DNA of 48,708 bases from Steroidobacteraceae bacterium (lineage in GTDB: Bacteria; Pseudomonadota; Gammaproteobacteria; Steroidobacterales; Steroidobacteraceae), in NCBI GenBank assembly GCA_031415935.1, contig JANOSR010000301.1:1-48708 (forward strand), in the 5' to 3' direction. The notes under the pieces were generated by a model. It did not search any database. It was not told where the DNA came from and saw only the letters and a program-made list of their open reading frames with translations. Numbering within the stretch: position 1 is the first letter of the stretch; each line of letters begins with the position of its first letter. Below, piece by piece: positions 1-6,671 of this stretch. A program made the position numbers and the translations under genes.

Positions 1-19
1 GCAGCTCGGCGTATGCCAT
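1..19 (-). CDS. dnaE2: DnaE2/ImuC error-prone DNA polymerase III alpha subunit, first 6 codons only (gene continues past the left edge)
   Basis: Minus strand reads ATG GCA TAC GCC GAG CTG = MAYAEL, the conserved YAELHCLSNFSF-type opening of DnaE2. Co-directional with and downstream of imuA-imuB. Too short for certainty. Confidence 0.4.
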
Positions 20-25
20 CCGGAG

Positions 26-250
26 TCAACCGCGGCGCGCGGGCGGTGCGCGGCCGAGACTCCGCTCGGTCGCCCCCCCGGGACATAAGCGCGAACAAGC
101 GGGTCCCCGCCCCCCCCCCCGCGCGCCGCGAAGGCGCCGACCCGCCATGCGCGTGGTGGCGGGGTTATCGCTAGCGAACACGTAAGTTACGGCGGAGTTC
201 GCGAGCGAGAAACCCCGCCGGATCCCGCGCGTGGCGGACGAGCACATCAT
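26..250 (-). CDS. Hypothetical 74-codon bridging ORF filling the imuB-dnaE2 spacer (Arg/Gly-rich; may be non-coding or only a ribosome-delivery ORF)
   Basis: ATG 250-248 overlaps the imuB TGA (ATGA). Its TGA (28-26) lies 6 nt before the dnaE2 ATG and in the same frame. No family recognised; composition is partly dictated by the G-tracts. Confidence 0.2.
   Translation of the reverse strand: MMCSSATRGIRRGFSLANSAVTYVFASDNPATTRMAGRRLRGARGGGRGPACSRLCPGGATERSLGRAPPARRG
73..120 (-). repeat. Homopolymer cluster: C7 (73-79), C4 (105-108), C11 (110-120) on the + strand, i.e. G7/G4/G11 on the transcribed sense strand
   Basis: Read directly from the sequence. Confidence 0.95.
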
Positions 251-1779
251 CCGAACACGCCGTGCAGGAACCAGCCCTGGCCCGGTGGCCGTTCACGGAA
301 GATCCACAGCCGCACGCCGCCCTGCGTCAATGCGACGTAGTAATCGCGGCGCACGTCATGACCGTCCCACCAGCCGGTTTCGATGCGCTCGGGGCCGGTG
401 ACGAGCACGCCGTCCCAGCCCGCGAGCGGCTGCGGTTCGGCGAGCATCCACAACGGCCGCGGCGGACGTGAAGCGGGCCAATGCCCCGGCAATGGCGTGG
501 CGCCACCCGGCTCGGCGATGCGCCAGGCACGCTCCGGGCGATGCTCCGGCACGGGACAGACGCCGAACACCGCGTCCTCGCCGAGTCGCGCGCGCAGCCG
601 CTCCAGGAGGCGCGCAGTCGCTTCCGGATCGGCAGCCCTGCCCTGCTCGAAGAGCCCCGCGTCACGCAGCGAGAGCGGCAGCAGGACACCGGAGCGGAAG
701 CGCAGCGCCACCACCGCCGCTGGCAAGCGGCTTTGCGCGAGCCGCTCGCGCAGCAACTCGCGCAGATGCCCCTCGTGGCCGTTTGGCCGGGTCAGGCCGA
801 GCCGGACCCGGGTCGGCGGGTACTCGCGGTGCAGCAGGTCGATGCGTAGCTCAGAGAGACCCGATGCGCGGGCGCGCAGGAATGCGCCGAGTCTTGTGAG
901 CAGCTGCTCCGTGGCCGGCGCAAGACAGGCCGTGGATCCGGCTTCGGCCGGCAACTCCAGCCGTTCGTCGAAGCGTTCCGGCACCACGTGCCGGCGGCGT
1001 GGCTGACGCCGCCGCCCGAGACCCTCGTCCAGTTCATCCTGCAGGGCCGGCCCGAAGCGTCGCGCGAATCCATCGCGCGGCAGGCGCACCAGGTCCGCCA
1101 CATTCCGGATGCCGAGTCCGGTCAGTGTTTCGATGACATCCACCGGCCACTCCAGGCAGGCGAGCGGCAGTCTTGCCACGAGCCCCGGCATCGCGTCGGC
1201 GCGGACTGCCGCGATCCCGATTCCGGCCCGCGCGAGCCATAGGGCGCCACGCGGCGTCGGTGCGAGCGCCACGCCCGCCTGCAGGCCGCCGGCCCGCAGA
1301 CCGGCCTGCGCGCGGCGGCACAGCGCCATGGCGCCGCCAAACAGGTCGAGACTGCCCCGCACTTCCGCGAGAAGCGCACAGGGCGGCTCGATGCTGACGA
1401 CGGGCGTGAACTGCAGCGCCCAGTGTGCCAGGCGGTCCAGCAATGCTGCTTCCACGGCCGGCCGGCGCTCGCGCAGCTCGAGTCCGGGCGCCAGGGCCAG
1501 GGCCGCATTGAGTCCCATGCCAGCGGCAATGCCCTGACCGGCGGCCCGGTCATTGCACGCGACCAGACAGCGGCGTGAATCATTCGCCTCGATGACGCCT
1601 ACCGCGCGGGCATCGCCCGTCACCGGCAGCAGAGCTTCCAGCGGCAAGCGGGGGAAATGCGCGGCCAGCCATAATTCACGCGCGGCGGCATCGACAGCAG
1701 GCGCGACCCCACAGGCTATCGGACCCGGTGCCCGCCGCAGTTTCGCCGGTGCCGGCGTTGCCGGACGCCCTTCGGACAT
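247..1779 (-). CDS. imuB: ImuB, Y-family DNA polymerase-like subunit of the ImuA-ImuB-DnaE2 mutasome
   Basis: 510-aa ORF. N-terminus LWLAAHFPRLPLEAL and DinB/UmuC-like layout are typical of ImuB. ATGA overlap with the imuA stop. Confidence 0.85.
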   Translation of the reverse strand: MSEGRPATPAPAKLRRAPGPIACGVAPAVDAAARELWLAAHFPRLPLEALLPVTGDARAVGVIEANDSRRCLVACNDRAAGQGIAAGMGLNAALALAPGLELRERRPAVEAALLDRLAHWALQFTPVVSIEPPCALLAEVRGSLDLFGGAMALCRRAQAGLRAGGLQAGVALAPTPRGALWLARAGIGIAAVRADAMPGLVARLPLACLEWPVDVIETLTGLGIRNVADLVRLPRDGFARRFGPALQDELDEGLGRRRQPRRRHVVPERFDERLELPAEAGSTACLAPATEQLLTRLGAFLRARASGLSELRIDLLHREYPPTRVRLGLTRPNGHEGHLRELLRERLAQSRLPAAVVALRFRSGVLLPLSLRDAGLFEQGRAADPEATARLLERLRARLGEDAVFGVCPVPEHRPERAWRIAEPGGATPLPGHWPASRPPRPLWMLAEPQPLAGWDGVLVTGPERIETGWWDGHDVRRDYYVALTQGGVRLWIFRERPPGQGWFLHGVFG

Positions 1780-2405
1780 CAGTGGATCGGCAGGCTGTCG
1801 ATGCGCGAAGGGACGCCGCCGCGGCTCTTCAGGATCTCGACGTCGAGACCGTTGTCACGCGCCGTGAGCAGGAGCCTGAGTGCCGCGGGTGAGGCCTCGT
1901 TGCGATGACAGGGCGGCCGGAACAGGAAGCCGATACTTTGCCCCTCTCCGGCCGCGAGCGAGAGGCGGCGCAGCGCCTGATCGCCGGCCGCGCCCGCCCA
2001 GCCGAGCACGGCAGCGCAGGCGCCGGAACGCAGCGCCTGTTCCATCGCCCACAACAGATCGAGCCCGGCCCGCGGCCTGATGACCAGCGTGCGTGAAGGA
2101 TCGAGCCCGGCATCGGCGAGCGCCGGTGCATAGGGCAGGTGTGGTGGACCCAGCCAGGCGATCCAGCGCGGTTCATCCGGCCGCGCGGCGGACAGGGCGC
2201 GAAGCGCCGGGATCAGCAAGCGGATTTCGCCGACACCTGCGGTTGGCACCAGGATCTCGACTAATTTGGACAGCGGCCAGCCGCCACCGGGCAGGCGCTC
2301 ATCGAGGCGGCGAAATCCCGTCGGAACGGTTGCGGGCGCGTCCACGATACCGCCGCCGCGCCACAGCGCCGGGTGACGCAGCAATTCCTCGAGCGCGTTG
2401 CTCAC
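1779..2405 (-). CDS. imuA: ImuA, RecA/SulA-like translesion-synthesis accessory protein
   Basis: 208 aa. GTG start overlaps the lexA stop (GTGA). Pattern [17 protein letters not shown]...[12 protein letters not shown] is characteristic of ImuA. Sits between lexA and imuB. Confidence 0.8.
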   Translation of the reverse strand: MSNALEELLRHPALWRGGGIVDAPATVPTGFRRLDERLPGGGWPLSKLVEILVPTAGVGEIRLLIPALRALSAARPDEPRWIAWLGPPHLPYAPALADAGLDPSRTLVIRPRAGLDLLWAMEQALRSGACAAVLGWAGAAGDQALRRLSLAAGEGQSIGFLFRPPCHRNEASPAALRLLLTARDNGLDVEILKSRGGVPSRIDSLPIH

Positions 2406-3025
2406 TGCGTCGTATCCGGACGACCACGCCGCAGGACGCCGACCACCACTCCCTCGATCGTCAGGGACTGCTTGCGCAGGTCCACGCGGATCGGCTCGAA
2501 CTCCGGATTTTCCGGCATCAGCCAGACCACCGTACCTTCCTGGCGGTAGCGCTTGACCGTCACTTCGTTCTCGAGCCGCGCCACGATGATCTGCCGGTTG
2601 CGGACATCGGGTGAACGATGCACCGCGACCAGGTCGCCATCGAGGATGCCGACATCGCGCATGCTCATGCCGCTGACCCGCAGCAGGTAATGCGGCCGCG
2701 GATTGAACAGCCGTGGGTCCAGCTGATATCGGCCTTCGATGTGCTCCTCGGCCAGGATGGGCCGGCCGGCCGCGACCCGGCCGATCAGTGGCAGGCCGAG
2801 TTGCTCGCGCAAGGCGTCCTTCAGCACGATGCCGCGCGAGGCGCCGGCGATCAGGGAAATGACGCCTTTGCGCTGCAGCGCCCGCAGATGCTCTTCGGCG
2901 GCGTTGGGGGAACGGAAGCCCAGCGCCTGGGCGATTTCCGCGCGGGTCGGCGGCAATCCGTTGTCAGCGATGGACTCCTGGATGAATTCGAGGATCTGGC
3001 GTTGGCGGGGCGTGAGGTCCATCAT
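2402..3025 (-). CDS. lexA: LexA SOS repressor (S24 peptidase)
   Basis: 207 aa from ATG 3025 ([15 protein letters not shown]...). wHTH domain, Ala-Gly cleavage site (VAAGRP), Ser in GMSM and Lys in VKRY. The 316-aa ORF in the track is an artefactual 5' extension through the gene's own operators. Confidence 0.95.
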   Translation of the reverse strand: MMDLTPRQRQILEFIQESIADNGLPPTRAEIAQALGFRSPNAAEEHLRALQRKGVISLIAGASRGIVLKDALREQLGLPLIGRVAAGRPILAEEHIEGRYQLDPRLFNPRPHYLLRVSGMSMRDVGILDGDLVAVHRSPDVRNRQIIVARLENEVTVKRYRQEGTVVWLMPENPEFEPIRVDLRKQSLTIEGVVVGVLRRGRPDTTQ

Positions 3026-3032
3026 GGCGCAC

Positions 3033-3048
3033 CTGTATGAATGACCAG
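3033..3048 (-). promoter_or_regulatory. SOS box 1 (LexA operator), proximal
   Basis: CTGTATGAATGACCAG (+) = CTGGTCATTCATACAG on the sense strand. CTG-N10-CAG palindrome 7 nt upstream of the lexA ATG. Confidence 0.75.
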
Positions 3049-3051
3049 TAG

Positions 3052-3067
3052 CTGTGATTATATACAG
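3052..3067 (-). promoter_or_regulatory. SOS box 2 (LexA operator), distal, overlapping the -10
   Basis: CTGTGATTATATACAG (+) = CTGTATATAATCACAG on the sense strand, a perfect CTGT-N8-ACAG gamma-proteobacterial consensus. Confidence 0.85.
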
Positions 3068-3084
3068 GCGGAGGCGGCTGGCAA
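3057..3084 (-). promoter_or_regulatory. Sigma70-type promoter of the lexA-imuA-imuB operon
   Basis: Sense strand TTGCCA (3084-3079), 16-nt spacer, TATAAT (3062-3057). The -10 lies inside SOS box 2. Confidence 0.55.
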
Positions 3085-3359
3085 GCGCCGGTCCACCCTG
3101 CCCGGCCGGCACCCGCACCCAACCCTGCCGCGCGGCCCGCTGCTGCCAGTGCGGACTCACCACCACCGGGTGCCGCAACGCGTAAGGCCCATGTGCATGG
3201 TGCGGTATCGAAGATGAAACATCGCGACGACATCCGCACCGCCTGCGCAACCGACGCCATGCGTTGCTGCGCGCGCGAATGCAGAGCGTCACGCGACGCG
3301 CGCGCTTCGTAAATCCCCGGGGTTCCCTTGTCGCTGTCCGGCGACATGACATCAGTGCT

Positions 3360-3387
3360 TTAACGGAATCCGCTGATACGTTACGAT
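3360..3387 (+). promoter_or_regulatory. Candidate sigma70 promoter for the lpp-like gene
   Basis: TTAACG, 16-nt spacer, TACGAT in a locally AT-richer stretch about 100 nt upstream of the ATG. Weak match. Confidence 0.25.
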
Positions 3388-3485
3388 CCGCATTGTCAAC
3401 CGCGCGGTCGGGAAGGAACGCCGGCCACCGTGCAACCGCGAAAGCGGGTTGTTACGTTCCATGCAACATTTTGGAGAACAATTTC

Positions 3486-3797
3486 ATGACCAATATCCTG
3501 AAGGTGGGCGTCGCTGCTGCCGTCCTCGCGCTGGGCGCGGGCTGCACCGATATCAAGCCCTTGCAGGCGGACATCGACTCGCTCAAGTCGCAGGTCTCAA
3601 AGCTGTCCGGTGACGTGGACGGCGTGAAGTCCGCTGCGGACGGCGCGAGCCGTGCAGCAGCCGCCGCACAGCAGGCTGCCACCTCGGCGCAGAACTCGGC
3701 TAATCAGGCCCTGTCTGCGGCGCAGGCGGCACAGCAGTGCTGCGATGCGAACAGCGCGAAGATGGATCGCATGTTCGAAAAGTCGATGTCGAAGTAA
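3486..3797 (+). CDS. lpp: Major outer-membrane lipoprotein, Lpp/OprI (alanine-zipper) family, C-terminal Lys
   Basis: 103 aa. GGAGA RBS. Signal peptide plus lipobox LGAG|C. Heptad Ala/Gln-rich coiled coil. C-terminus KMDRMFEKSMSK resembles OprI ...RMLEKASRK and Lpp ...YRK. Confidence 0.85.
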   Translation: MTNILKVGVAAAVLALGAGCTDIKPLQADIDSLKSQVSKLSGDVDGVKSAADGASRAAAAAQQAATSAQNSANQALSAAQAAQQCCDANSAKMDRMFEKSMSK

Positions 3798-3816
3798 TCG
3801 ACACGGGACTCTGACG

Positions 3817-3860
3817 AAAAAAAGGGCCCCGCGGCGGCGACGCTGCGGGGCTTTTTCGTT
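3817..3860. terminator. Bidirectional rho-independent terminator shared by lpp (+) and the L,D-transpeptidase gene (-)
   Basis: A7, then GC-rich stem GCCCCGCGGCG / CGCTGCGGGGC around a GCGA loop, then T5CGTTT. A/T runs sit on both flanks. Confidence 0.8.
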
Positions 3861-4832
3861 TCAGGGTGCTGCGGCTGCGACACTCAGCCTGCTTACTGAG
3901 ACAGCGGCCGGCACGCCGCGCGCCTCGCGCCAAGCCTGTTCGGCCGTTCCCCAGTCAATCGCGAGCGGCTCCGAGCTCGTGGCTTCGACGATCAGCCGCG
4001 TCAGGTCGGTCAGCGTCGGAGGCTCGAGCGCGTCTTCCTGGAGCGCTGGATGCACCTCGATCAGGAGTTCACCGTCGTGCCAGCCCCACTTGTAGGGCTG
4101 ATTGACGATCAGCACCGGCGTGTTGACCGGCACCATTTCGAACAACCGTTCGATGTCTTCGGGATATAGGCGCATGCAGCCGTGAGTGACCTGCATGCCG
4201 ACACCCGCGGGTCGGTTCGTGCCATGGATCAGGTACGCGCCGCCGGGGATGCCGAGTCGCATCGCAAATCGCCCGAGCGGATTGTCGGGTCCGGCCGGCA
4301 CGATGGCGGGCAGCAGGTCACCGCGGCGCGCATGTTCCTCGCGGACCGACGGTGGCGGTGTCCAGGTCGGATCCTTGATCTTGTTGACGATGCGCGTCGT
4401 GCCGAGCGGCGTATTCCAGTCCATCTTTCCGATGCTGACCGGAAATGTCCAGACGACCGGCTGCTCACCCGCAATCGCCGGCGGAAACCAGTAGAGCCGG
4501 TGCTCCGGCAGATTGATGACGATGCCTTCACGTGGCGCCTGTGGCAGCAGTCGCCGCTTCGGCAGAACGATCGTGGTGCCAGCGCCGGGCAACCAGGCGT
4601 CCACGCCGGGATTCGCGTTGGTGATCTCCTCGTAACCGAGGCCATTCGCGCGTGCCAGGTCGAGCAAAGTGTCGCGCTGGCCCGTTTCGGCCATGCGCAA
4701 TTCACCAATGACGTCGCTGCCAATGGCAGGCAATGGAAAACTCTCGGCATTGGCGCGCGTGCCCGGCATGGCGAGCGCCAGCGCGCCGACCAGCATCGAC
4801 AGCTGCCGCACAATGGTCCGGACCCGGGTCAT
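3861..4832 (-). CDS. L,D-transpeptidase (LysM + YkuD domains, ErfK/YbiS/YcfS/YnhG family)
   Basis: YkuD catalytic signature LIHGTNRPAGVGMQVTHGCMRL. LysM-like N-domain. Signal peptide from MTRVRTIV...RANA. An alternative ATG at 4868 sits 1 nt after the fabH stop. Confidence 0.85.
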   Translation of the reverse strand: MTRVRTIVRQLSMLVGALALAMPGTRANAESFPLPAIGSDVIGELRMAETGQRDTLLDLARANGLGYEEITNANPGVDAWLPGAGTTIVLPKRRLLPQAPREGIVINLPEHRLYWFPPAIAGEQPVVWTFPVSIGKMDWNTPLGTTRIVNKIKDPTWTPPPSVREEHARRGDLLPAIVPAGPDNPLGRFAMRLGIPGGAYLIHGTNRPAGVGMQVTHGCMRLYPEDIERLFEMVPVNTPVLIVNQPYKWGWHDGELLIEVHPALQEDALEPPTLTDLTRLIVEATSSEPLAIDWGTAEQAWREARGVPAAVSVSRLSVAAAAP

Positions 4833-4869
4833 GCGGGAATAGACCACGCCGGTTGCCGTGGGTTTCATT

Positions 4870-5847
4870 TCAATAGCGGATGAGCGCCGAGCCCCAGGTG
4901 AAGCCGCCGCCAAAGGTCTCGAGCAGCAGCGTCTGGCCGCGATGGATCCGGCCGTCCCTTACGGCTGTGTCGAGCGCGAGTGGAATCGAGGCCGCCGATG
5001 TATTGCCGTGATCCTGCACGGTCACCACGACCTTTTCCATCGGCAGCCCGAGCTTGTCCGCGGCGGACTGGATGATGCGCAGGTTGGCCTGGTGCGGGAT
5101 CAGCCAGTCGATCTGACTGCGTTCGATGCCATTCTTCGCGAGCGTCTCGTCGACCAGCCGTGACAGCGTGCGCACGGCGACCTTGAACACTTCATTGCCG
5201 AGCATCGTGATGCCGGCGGTTCCGCCGCTGCGCAGTTTGTCGAATCCGTTCGACACCCCGTAAGGAAAATAGAGCAGGTCCTTGTAGCGCCCGTCCGAAT
5301 GCAGGTGCGTGCCGATAATCCCGGGCTCGTCAGCCGGGGTCAGCACGACGGCGCCCGCGCCGTCGCCGAACAGCACGGCGGTCGCACGATCGTTCCAGTT
5401 GGTGATGCGCGACAGGCATTCCACGCCGACCACGAGCGCGCACTGCGACTCGCCGATGCGCACGTACTTGTCGGCGATCGACAGCGCATAGACGAAACCG
5501 CTGCAGGCCGCCTCCAGCGAGAAGGCCGGACAGCCGTGGATGCCGAGGCGTTGCTGCAGCAATGTCCCCGTATTCGGGAAGATCAGGTCCGGTGTCGTCG
5601 TGCCGACCACGATGAAGTCGACATCCGCCGGCGTCAGCCCCGCCGCTTTCAGCGCCCGCCGCGCTGCGTGCTCGGCCAGCGAAGAACTGGTTTCGTCGGC
5701 CGCCGCGATGTGGCGCCGCTCGACGCCCGTGCGCGTGCGGATCCACTCGTCCGTGGTATCGACGAGCTTCTCGAGATCCGCGTTCGTCAGCACTTTTTCC
5801 GGCAGATAGCTGCCGGTGCCGGCCACGCGCGAGTATCGGTTCACCAT
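4870..5847 (-). CDS. fabH: 3-oxoacyl-ACP synthase III
   Basis: 325 aa. Cys-His-Asn triad contexts AACSGF, PHQAN, GNTSAAS. Confidence 0.95.
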   Translation of the reverse strand: MVNRYSRVAGTGSYLPEKVLTNADLEKLVDTTDEWIRTRTGVERRHIAAADETSSSLAEHAARRALKAAGLTPADVDFIVVGTTTPDLIFPNTGTLLQQRLGIHGCPAFSLEAACSGFVYALSIADKYVRIGESQCALVVGVECLSRITNWNDRATAVLFGDGAGAVVLTPADEPGIIGTHLHSDGRYKDLLYFPYGVSNGFDKLRSGGTAGITMLGNEVFKVAVRTLSRLVDETLAKNGIERSQIDWLIPHQANLRIIQSAADKLGLPMEKVVVTVQDHGNTSAASIPLALDTAVRDGRIHRGQTLLLETFGGGFTWGSALIRY

Positions 5848-5853
5848 AGGCTC

Positions 5854-6051
5854 TCAATTGCCCTGGCCGGTTTCCTCGGCTGGCGTTTCAATGACCTTGC
5901 GGCCGCGATAGAAGCCGTCGCGGCTGATGCGATGACGCAGATGCGTCTCGCCGCTGGTCGGATCCTTGGACAGCGCCGGCTTCGTGAGCCGATCGTGCGA
6001 ACGGTGCATGCCGCGCTTCGAGGGCGACTTGCGGCTTTTTTGTACGGCCAT
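5854..6051 (-). CDS. rpmF: 50S ribosomal protein L32
   Basis: [20 protein letters not shown]... is a canonical L32 N-terminus. GGAGA RBS. Confidence 0.95.
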   Translation of the reverse strand: MAVQKSRKSPSKRGMHRSHDRLTKPALSKDPTSGETHLRHRISRDGFYRGRKVIETPAEETGQGN

Positions 6052-6068
6052 GGGACATCATCTCCGGT

Positions 6069-6584
6069 TCAGTGTTTCAGCAATTCCTTCAATCCTGCAA
6101 AGGGCCGGCGCATTTCCTGCGATGGCGGCCCCGCGCTCATGTCGTGCGTCACCTGCGACCCTTGCGCCGTGCATTTCTCGCCGGCGCCGTGAATCGGAAT
6201 CAACGGCAGCGACAACAGCAATTCATCCTCGACCAGCCCGGCCAGGTCGACCCGCCGGGGATCGCCGGGGATCGCCTCATGATCCGCCGGTACCGGTGCA
6301 TCCTCGCGCTCCACGAATGCCAGCTGCGAAGTGGACTGCAATGTCCTGCGCATGGGTTCCAGACAGCGCTGGCAAGTCAGCAGAGCCTCGGCGCGAACCT
6401 CGAGCTCTCCGGTCGGCACTCCAGCGGCGGAGCGCAGGGCCATGCGGGCCTCGGCCACCCCTTCCGGTGTCACCAGCCGATCCACGAGTCGCGTGAAATC
6501 GGCCAGGCGGAATTCCCGCTCCACGACCGTCGCCGCCGCGGCCAGATTCAACGCGTCGAGCGGCTCCTTCGAGGCCTTGGGCAT
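6069..6584 (-). CDS. yceD: YceD (DUF177) 23S rRNA accumulation protein
   Basis: 171 aa. CQRCLEP motif. Conserved position upstream of rpmF. Confidence 0.9.
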   Translation of the reverse strand: MPKASKEPLDALNLAAAATVVEREFRLADFTRLVDRLVTPEGVAEARMALRSAAGVPTGELEVRAEALLTCQRCLEPMRRTLQSTSQLAFVEREDAPVPADHEAIPGDPRRVDLAGLVEDELLLSLPLIPIHGAGEKCTAQGSQVTHDMSAGPPSQEMRRPFAGLKELLKH

Positions 6585-6671
6585 GGGGGCGGTATCATAG
6601 TGAGCCCCGGTAGGGGTGTCAAAACCCTTTCCCGCGCAAATCCTTGTTTTTAAAGCGCTGATCCCGTGCCC

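Noticed and set aside
3026-3352. 109-codon N-terminal extension of LexA (316-aa track ORF)
   Set aside because: The extension runs through the two SOS boxes and the promoter and is Arg-rich nonsense. Canonical LexA begins at MMDLTPRQ (3025).
3264-3485. 74-codon N-terminal extension of the lpp-like ORF
   Set aside because: There is a GGAGA RBS, and the signal peptide and lipobox start at the ATG at 3486. The upstream part is not protein-like.
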